A stretch of 64,000 nt of DNA from the human T2T-CHM13v2.0 reference genome, Homo sapiens, in the NCBI RefSeq assembly GCF_009914755.1, contig NC_060944.1; one strand, given 5' to 3'. This document shows, one piece after another, positions 55,601 through 64,000 of the stretch. The position numbers and the translations under genes were made by a program. Positions within the stretch are counted from its first letter, which is position 1, and each line of letters starts with the position of its first letter. The notes beneath the pieces are model-generated. The model saw only the letters and a program-made list of their open reading frames with translations, had not been told where the DNA came from and ran no database searches.

Positions 55601-57448
55601 ATTGGCCCTCACTCTCTTCTGGCTTGTCGGATTTCTGCTGAGAGATTCACTGTTAGTCTGTTGGGCTTCCCTTTGTGGGTAACCCGACCTTTCTCTCTGG
55701 CTGCCCTTAATATATTTTCCTTCATTTCAACCTTGGTGAATCTGACAATTTTGTGTGTTGAGGTTGCTCATCTCCAGGACTATCTTTGTGGTGCTCTCTG
55801 TATTTCCTGAATTTGAATGTTGGCCTGCCCTGCTAGATTGGGGAAGTTCTCCTGGACAATACCCTGAAGGTTGTTTTCCAACTTGGTTCCATTCTCCACA
55901 TCACTTTCAGGTACACCCATCAAACGTAGATTTGGTCTTTTCACATAGTCCCATATTTTTTGGAGGCTTTGTTTGTTTCTTTTTACTCTTTTTTCTCTAA
56001 CCTTATCTTCTCACTTTATTTCATTAGTTTGATATTCAATCACTAATACCCTTTCTTCCACTTGATCGAATCAGTTATTGAAGCTTTTGCATGTGTCATG
56101 AAGTTCTCGTGCTGTGGTTTTCAGCTCCATCGGGTCATTTAAGGTCTTCTCTACATTGTTTTTTCTAGTTAGCCATTCTTCTAACCTTTTTTCAACGTTT
56201 TTAGCTTCATTGCAATGGGTTCAAACATGCTCCTTTAGCTCAAAGAAGTTTGTTATTACCAACCTTCTGAAGCATATTTCTGTCAACTCGTCAAATTCCT
56301 TCTCCATCTGGCTTTGTTCTGTTGCTGACGAGGAGCTGTGATCCTTTGGAGGAGAAGAGGCACTCTGATTTTTAGAATTTTCAGCTTTTCTGCTCTAGTG
56401 TCTCCCCATCTTTGTGGTTTTATCTACCTTTGGTCTTTGATGTTGGTGACCTACAGATTGGGTTTTGGTGTAGATGTCCTTTTTGTTGATGTTGATGTTA
56501 TTCTTTTTTGTTCATTAGTTTTCCTTCTAACAGTCAGGTCCCTCAGCTGCAGGTCTGTTGGAGTTTGCTGGAGGTCCACTCCAGACCCTACTTGCCTGGG
56601 TATCACCAGCGGAGGCTGCAGAACAGCAAATATTGCAGGTGGTAAATATTGCTGCCTGATCCTTCCTCTGGAAGCTTTGCCCCAGAGGGGCACCCACCTA
56701 TATGGGGTGTCTGTCAGCCCCTACTGGAAGGTGTCTCCCAGTTAGGCTACATGGGGGTTAGGGACCCTCTTGAGGAGGCAGTCTGTTCATTCTCAGAGCT
56801 CAAATGCCATGCTGGGAGAACCACTGCTCTCTTCAGAGCTGTCAGACTGGGACGTTTAAGTCTGCAGAAGTTTCTGCTGCCTTTTGTTCAGCTATGCCCT
56901 GCCCACAGAGCTGGAGCCTAGAGGCAGTAGGCCTTCCTGACCTCTGGTGGGCTCTACCCAGTTCAAGCTTCCTGGCCACTTTGTTTACCTGCTCAAGTCT
57001 CAGCAATTGTGGATGCCCCTCCCCCAGCCAAGCTGCCACCTCACAGTTCAATCTCAGACTGCTGTGCTAGCAGTGAGCAAGGCTCTGTGGGCATGGGACT
57101 TGCCAAGTCAGGCACGGGAGAGAATCTCCTTGTCTGTTGGTTGCTAAGACCTTGGGAAAAGTGCAGTATTTGGGTGGGAGTGTACTGTTTTTCCAGGTAC
57201 CATCTGTCACAGCTTCCCTTGGCTAGGAAAGGGAAATCACCCAACCCCTTGTGTTTCCCAGGTGAGGCAACACCCGGCCTGCTTCAGCTTGCCCCCCGTG
57301 GGCTGCACCCACTGTCCAACCAGTCCCAATGAGATGAACCAGGTACCTCAGTTGGAAATGTGGAAATTACCCATCTTCTCTGTCAATCATGCTGGGAGCG
57401 GCAGACTGGAGCTGTTCCTACTCAGCCTTCTTGGAACAGAGCCCCCCT
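52664..57448 (-). mobile_element. L1PA6-like LINE-1 with both ends and an internal ORF2 deletion of about 1.3 kb
   Basis: 3' end GGTTTGATACATAGGTAT, ORF2 and ORF1 remnants, and a 5' UTR ending GGAGCTGTTCCTA...CTTGGAAC...CCCCCT. TSD about CAAA(G)GACTTTCT. Length is about 4.8 kb rather than about 6.1 kb. Confidence 0.93.
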
Positions 57449-57664
57449 CACAAAGGACTTTCTCTGGCTAACTCTGATGCTTTTCTGAGTTCTTACCTAA
57501 ATTTCCCCTTCTCCTTCTGTGGCCCTGCCAGTTTTGTTTTGTTTTGTTTTGTTTTGTCCTTATCACTACCCTTGCTGCCTCCTCAAATTATCCAGAGCCA
57601 CTGTTGTTTTCTAGAACATTGGCAAGCACGTTGATAGAGTGCCCACATTGTACTGAACTCTGAG

Positions 57665-57790
57665 GGGAATAGTCTCGTCCCCATCACTCAGGTGGGGAAA
57701 CTGAGGTGAGGTTAGTTTAAAGTGGGTAAGCAGTGGGTTTGGAATTGGAGCTCTGGCTGGCTGGCTCATGTCCGTGCTCTTCCCACCACA
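57665..57790 (-). mobile_element. MIR fragment
   Basis: CCCCATCACTCAGGTGGGGAAACTGAGG. Confidence 0.55.
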
Positions 57791-58364
57791 GCAGGAGGCC
57801 ACTGGAGGCTCCAAGGGCTCTGAAATGTTGAGAACTTCCCTGCAGGTACCAGCGAAGAGGGCAAGAACACAGCACTACTTCCTTGGATACTGTTTCCCTC
57901 CTCAGAGGGGTTTTCTGAGCTGCCCTGGGTCCTGTGAGGAAGGTAGGAATTACATTTCACTAGGGAACAGCCAGGGTCACCTCCTTGCCTGAGGCCCCAC
58001 CATCCCATCAGCCTGGATGGGCCTGCTCAGCAGCCACACTCGCCCCTAGGCCGAGAAGGGGTGGGGCTCGGTTCCACAGAGTCTCCCAGGGCCTCAGGCA
58101 GGTACTCTAGGCTGATTCCATCTCCAGGTTCGCAAGTAAAAAAAAAGTCAACTGCCCAAAAGACTTCTCTTAGAACTCACAGCAGGTTAGGCTGGCAGGT
58201 GGAGTCTATGCTCGGGTGGTCCCATCTGCCAGGCCTGATGTTCCAGGTGAAGAGATTGGTGAGCACCAGGTGACCCCACCCAGGTGCACGTGGCTCTGTC
58301 GGGTACAGGCAAGTCTCTGCCCACCAAAGGGACACCACAAGGGCCCAGGCAAAGCAGAGCCTTT

Positions 58365-58780
58365 CTCACTGGGTGTCTGCTGGTGCTGATGTCACCAAGG
58401 AACACACCCCGGGCAGCTTAAACCACAGACGTTTATTCTTGCATAGGGCTGGAGGTCACAAGTCTGAGATCAAGGTGCTGGACAGCCTGGCTCTTCCTGA
58501 GGGTGGCTGGCAGGTCCAGTGCAGGCCTCCCACCTTGGCTGGTGGACAGCCATCTGCTCCCTGGCTCTCCATATCACCTTCCCCTTGTGCCTGTCTCTCT
58601 CCAGATCTCCCCTTCCTGTAAAGACACCAGTCCTACTGGATCAGGGCCCACCCGTGTGACTTCACTTTTACTTGAGTACCTCTCACAGACCCTAACTCCA
58701 AATCAGGTCACTTGCTGAGGTACTGCATGTGAAGACTTTGACATTTGAATTTTGAGGGGGCCACCGTTTAACCTGAACCA
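58365..58780 (-). mobile_element. MLT1B/C-type LTR
   Basis: GCAGCTTAAACCACAGACGTTTATTCT...CTGGAGGTCACAAGTCTGAGATCAAGGTG...AAGACACCAGTC...CTGAGGTACTG. Confidence 0.85.
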
Positions 58781-59086
58781 CCAAGGACAGAGCCAAAGAC
58801 CCTGGGTGACAGGCCCAGAACAGGACCTGGTGGAGGCTCTTCTTTAGGGGAGAGAGGGAAATGGGAGCCACCACTGGCAGAGCCTGAAGGCAGGGCAGCC
58901 AGAAAGAAGCTGTGGGAGTCCCCACCATGGAAGACCCTGCCGAGCATCCTGTGTCTCCTGAAGCAGACCCTGACATGAGGACTGGGGGCACGTGTTTATT
59001 AAGGGCGATCCCCGGAAGGAGGAGATAACCAGGTAGGGAAGGAGGGAACCCCAGGGCAGGGCTCTAGAGAGAGAGGATGACCCTCA

Positions 59087-59505
59087 GGAGCAGGAGGGTG
59101 CACCTGAAACCAGACCCAGCAAGAGATGGAAGCCCTGGGAGCAGCCCCACTCCAGGTCCTCTGCAGGAGTGACCCAGCTGCCACCAGGCTGCCCTGCCCA
59201 GCTCAGCAGGCCCTACGGGTGCAGGGAAGCAGATGGGCAGTGAGATCTGGGACCGGTATAGAACCACAGCTGCCACAACTGCCCATGGCTCCCTCCCTTC
59301 TTTGACGTCAGAGTGAGCAGGGCGGTTTCTGCTGCCTTCGCATTCCAGCCCCACACACCTCCCTGCAGCCTGGCACTGGAAACTGCTGAGCCATGCAGGG
59401 CAGCCTGGTGGCGGCTAGGACACTTCTGCAGAGGACCTGGAGTTGGGCTGCTCCCGGGGCTCCCATCTCTTGCTGGGTCTGTTTTCAGGTGCACCCTCCT
59501 CCTCC
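59087..59505. repeat. Inverted repeat with 123-bp arms (59087-59209 and 59383-59505) and a 173-bp spacer
   Basis: Manual alignment gives 111/123 identical with no gaps. The ORF track also shows near-identical peptides on opposite strands (RAAWW.LGH.CRGPGVGLLPGLPSLAGS.FRCTLLL). Confidence 0.92.
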
Positions 59506-59589
59506 AGGAGGCAGGGGCAAGACCAGCTTCAGCCCTTCTTGCTCTCCATGGTCTGTATATGGACAGGGTGTGGGCCCGGGGAGACAGTT

Positions 59590-60555
59590 GTGTGGTGTGT
59601 GCATTGTGTGTGTGGGGGGGGTTGTCTGTGTGTCTGTGAATATTTGTGTGATATGTGTGTAGTATGCTCATGTGTCATGACTCTGTGAGGGTGTGATGGA
59701 AGAGTGTGTGTAAGAGAGAAGTTTGAGTGTGTGTGGTGTGTGCATCTGGTGTCTGTGGGTGATGTTTGTGTACATAGTGTCTGTGTGTGTGATGTCGGTG
59801 TGTTGTGTGGGTTTGTGTGTGTATATAGTGTCTGTGTGTGTGATGTCAGCGTGTTGTGTAAGGATTTATGTGTGTGTGTGGTGTCTGTGTTTGTGATGTT
59901 GGTGTGTTGTGTGTGGGTCTATGTTTGTGTGTGATGTTGGTGTGTGTGATATCAGTGTGTTGTGTGTGGGTTTATGTGTGTGTGTGTGATGTCTGTGTCT
60001 GATGGTGTGTTTTGTGTGGGATTGTGTGTGTGTGTGTGGTGTCTGTGTGTGTGATGTCAGTGTGTTGTGTGTGGGTTTATGTGTGTGATGTCGGTGTGTG
60101 TGATGTCAGTGTGTTGTGTGTGGGTTGATATGTGTATGTGTGATGTTGGTGTGTTGTGTGTGCATTTATGTGTGTGTGGTGTCTGTGTGTGTGATGTCAG
60201 TGTGTTGTGTGTGGGTGTATATTTGTGCATCATGTCAGTGTGTGTGATGTCAGTGTGTTGTGTGTGGGTTTATGTGTGTGTCTGATTTTGGTGTGTTGTG
60301 TATGGGTTTATGTGTGTGTGGTGACTGTGTGTGATGTTGGTGTGTTGTGTGGGTTTATGTGTGTGGTGTCTGTGTGTATGATGTCAGTGTGTTGTGTAGG
60401 TTTATGTGTATGTGATGTTGGTGTGTGTAATGTCAGTGTGTTGTGTGTGGGTTTATATGTGTTTGTGTGATATTGGTGTGTTGTGTGTGGGTTTATGAGT
60501 GTGCATGGTGTCTGTGTGATGTTGGTGTGTTGTGTGGGTTTGTGTGTGTGGATGT
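59590..60555. repeat. TG-rich compound minisatellite
   Basis: Recurring unit of about 30-50 bp, GTGTGTGATGT(C/T)(A/G)GTGTGTTGTGTG(TG)GGTTTAT. Confidence 0.92.
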
Positions 60556-62140
60556 GGTTTCTGCCTATGGGAGGAGGTTTGCTCACAGATGGAGGAGAAG
60601 GAGCTCTATAGGCAAAGATCCCAGGGCCGTGGAGGAGGAGACACAGTCCTGAGAACTCCTTCCTCTGAATCAGAAGGACAGGAAAGGTGGGATTTTAAAG
60701 GAACAGAGAACCCTGGTGGGAGAGGTGAATCTGAGCTCCTCGGGCCATCGGGTGTCCTGTGGAGCAGAGGCAGGCCCGTGAGGGTGATTTTCAGAATGCT
60801 GCCTGCTTCTGAGAGTGAGATGAAGACCCTCTGGGGTCCCGTTGATGTCACCAATGTCGCCTGTCTTGAGGCATCTCTGGTCCAGACCTGGCTGGGAGAG
60901 AGAGCTATGGGTGGAGATGCACTGGGTGGGTGCTGGTGGGAGGGGAGGGCTGGCTTTTCCTCAGCCCCCAGACTTAGAGAAGATCACACGCAAGAGCTTG
61001 GAAGTCCTGGGAGGAAGTATGATCCCGAATCCTGGCACACTTGATCATGCGTGACAGGGACTTAAGAAAGCCCCTAATTATAGCCGTGTGGGGTTTGTCT
61101 CCCTTCTGAAGCTTGGCGCCCGTGTGCTCAAGGCAAGGGCGTGACCAAGGTAAGAGACCCCTTCTCTCCCTTAGGCAGAAGTCCTAGCAGAGTATGCCCA
61201 CGCTGGTTAGTGCTGCTGCAAAGATGAGCCGAAGACCATGAGAGACCTCCAGGTGGTCCTTCTGGGGAGAAGAAATGGGTTTTGGCCCCAAATCCTTCTG
61301 CTGCATTTTTCCCCTATCCCTGGGAAGCCATGAGACCTCAAACCTGTGTTCCCAAGGAGGCGAGCTGCTGTTCCCAGGTGATGATATGATGTGCTTGGGG
61401 AAAGTAAGTGGCTGCCAGACATGGCTGAGAGCTGTTGTCACTGCCGTCAAGTGCATGTCTCCAAGCCATATCACACGGCGTCCCTCGATGTGAGGCCACA
61501 TGGCAAGTGGGCCGTGGATCTCCCTCTGCCCTTTGCAAGCACGTAAGACAGCAGATTTTGCAGATACCTTGTGGCGCAGGGGAATTTCCTTTGGCCAGGT
61601 CTGAAGAAATAAAGCAGCAGGCACCGAGAACAAAGCCAAGGCTTTCAAAAGACAAGGAGCCAAAAAACTTACTCAAAATAAAAGTAGTTTTAAAATGTCT
61701 CTGCCATTGGTAGTCTCATTTTCTTTTTAATGTAGGAAATAGTCAAGTATTAAAATGACCAAAATGAAACAAGTGCCTCATGGACTGAGAAGGAAGGAGG
61801 AAGATAAAAAATGAAACCAGGACAGAGAAGAGAGGGAGGTTCTGGGTGTATTTGCTTTGGGATTACATGTGCGCATGTCTTGTTTTTCCCTTTTATATCT
61901 CCCTCATCTGAAATATGTAGCAAAGAAAAATTTAAGCTGTAAGAGGGAAACTTTTTCCAAACAGTGAAGTTTACCAAACTGTGGCCTGAGATCTATATTC
62001 ACATTCTAAAAAACCATGCCCAATTCCCCACGCTAACAGCAGCTCCAGACCAAAGAGCAGCTCTTGTCTTGACCAAAGTGAATAACTATCTTAACACGAG
62101 GTGACTAGAAACCATCTGTCTTGAGACCAGAGAGGAGACC

Positions 62141-62515
62141 TGTGGTCAGTGACGCTGTTCAGCAAATACTTGCCATTCCTGACCTCCAGGCTCAAGGAGG
62201 GATTGGCCACCCTGGTCCCCTAGGAAGATGGGGCCATGTGCTGGCTCTGGACAATGGTCATGATGGAAATGGCATCTGCTCTTGCAGGCCAAAGAGTTTA
62301 ATTGCCTCCAGAGCTCTCCTTCCCTCTGCAACAGTGACCTACAATGTCCAGGTAGCAGTCCTTCCATCACCTTGAATCTCAGAGTAAGAATGACATGGAG
62401 TAGAGCCCCCCAGGTAAGCTGTATTGAACATGTAACATGTAGATGAAATCAACTGTTGTTTAAATTCACTAAGTGTGAATTACATAGCACAACTATACTT
62501 ATCTTAATTGACACA
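62141..62515 (+). mobile_element. MLT1 (I/J-like) LTR
   Basis: TGTGG...GGGGCCATGTGCTGGCTCTGGACAATG...GACATGGAGTAGAGCCCCC...AACATGTAACATG...GACACA. Confidence 0.7.
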
Positions 62516-62579
62516 AGATGAGTTTGTTTCTTAGCTGACCAATAGCAAAAATCCAATAAACAGATGAATAAATTAATAA

Positions 62580-62640
62580 ATAGATGGATGAATGGATGGA
62601 TGGATGGATGGATCAGTGGATGGGTGGGTGGATAGATGGA
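62580..62640. repeat. (TGGA)n simple repeat
   Basis: Read directly from the sequence. Confidence 0.9.
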
Positions 62641-63511
62641 GCTGTTAGATATGGCTCTTTGTTTATAAATCTCAACCACAAACTTTGTCACTTCTCCAGA
62701 ATAAAACTCCTACATGGTAGGGACTCTGTGAATGTTATTAAAATGAGAGAGCTATTAGAAGCCAAGAGATGAGGCTGATTTTTACCTCTGGCTTTAGAAT
62801 ATTTGGTGCCACTGTGTATAAGCTTTACCCACCATTGACAAAAAGGGACCCACTATGGACACCTCAGGAAGTTCTTCAGCCTGCAGGCACTTCTGTTCCG
62901 GGTAGGGATTCAGGTTATCTAAACTCCAACCAAGTGTGACCAATAACTCTTGTTGCTCCTATAGCCTCAGCAAGAACACAAGCAAATATGCTCTCATTTT
63001 TGATAAAAAGCATGTCTATGATTGTTGATGTGCAAATATAAAGAGCCAAGCATGGAGAAAGAAGAACAAGAGTTAAAACATACCTCAGTGACCACCACCA
63101 GCCCTTACATACCTGCCCTGTCCTGGTCCCCTTCTCCAGGTGCCCTCTTCAAAGTATCCCAAACCAGAGAAACAATATAACCAGTGACCATCAGGGAGAT
63201 TTCAGTTCCAGACCTAGGACCTGCAATGAATTTCAGGGGAAAAGTGCTTTCCTTTTTTATCATCTACTCAGAGGATGTTGACTGACAGCTAAAACTACTC
63301 AAAGGGTACAAAATTCAGCCTTATGGTTTCAAGAATAGTCAACCCTGCATGTGAAATCATCAGAGAATGGAGATTTGCCCCCTGTCCAGGCAGGCTCTTA
63401 AATTTGCAGTTCAGATATAAAAAAAAGGTCTCACTTGTTTACTTATCTGTTTTGCATATATTTTTTATTTTCTGTTGAGTATGATATTTGATATAAAAAA
63501 AAAAAAACTTT

Positions 63512-63975
63512 TTAGCTGAGGATGGCTTCTGGGGTTAGCCAGTTCTTAGAGACAGCAGAAGACTCAGCTGGGAGCATGCCTTTGATGCACCAACTAACCC
63601 ATCCAGAGCCATTCCCTTCTATCTGGCCTGTACATCTCAAAAGGCAATATTCCTCTACCTTGACAAGCCCAGGGCCAGCTACCAGGCAACTAGAGACCAC
63701 CAAAAGCCCCCTAAAATTATTCCAATTGGCCAATTCTAAATTGTTCACACTGCCCTGTTTTGCCTTTTCCATCGAAACCAAAATAAGGACTGAGGTCCAA
63801 GCTGTCCCTAGCTCCTGTCTTCTGCCATCTGACCAAAGCTTGGTGCTTCCAATGTGGCCCTGAGTTGTATGTGGTGGCCTCCTCTCTGGAACTGTGCGTG
63901 TAGTCAACTTTGTCTTTCTCACGTCTCCTTGGTGGTGGCATCTGACTGATTATCTCATAAAGAAACACAAAACAT
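63512..63975 (+). mobile_element. MER74-family (ERVL) LTR
   Basis: GAGCATGCCTTTGATGCACCAACTAACCCATCCAGAGCC...CAGGGCCAGCTACCAGGCAACTAGAGAC...AAATTATTCCAATTGGCCAAT...TGGTGCTTCCAATGTGGCCC. Confidence 0.7.
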
Positions 63976-64000
63976 TACTGTTTCTGTTTCTGATCTTTAA

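Noticed and set aside
59704-60652. C/V-rich ORFs, and the spaced repeats as a CRISPR-like array
   Set aside because: This is a low-complexity TG minisatellite in primate DNA with no unique spacers and no cas genes.
61114-61122. TGGCGCCCG resembling a tRNA-Lys PBS
   Set aside because: Only 9 nt match and there is no adjacent LTR.

Overview
This is primate (human-like) genomic DNA with no recognisable protein-coding gene. It looks intergenic or deep-intronic, and I could not identify the locus. The longer ORFs come from simple repeats, decayed L1 or mariner sequence, or chance. The window is a mosaic of interspersed repeats: AluJ/S/Y copies (one with the AluYd-type 12-bp deletion), L1 copies of many ages, MIR, L2, MER5, MLT1/MER74/LTR10/LTR9-type LTRs and a retroposed 5S rRNA pseudogene. 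Four structures stand out. (1) A full-length HSMAR2 mariner is split by one 4.4-kb block that reads, on the minus strand, LTR9 R-U5, tRNA-Pro PBS, HUERS-P3 leader, then the 3' half of an L1PB; it may be a chimeric retrotranscript. (2) A 123-bp, about 90% identical inverted repeat of apparently non-TE sequence flanks a perfect CRE. (3) An LTR10-type LTR with p53-like half-sites lies inside about 900 bp of near-pure purine tract. (4) A two-ended L1PA6-like element has an in-frame internal deletion removing most of the RT domain. Repeat family names come from my recall of consensus sequences and need RepeatMasker/Dfam confirmation.
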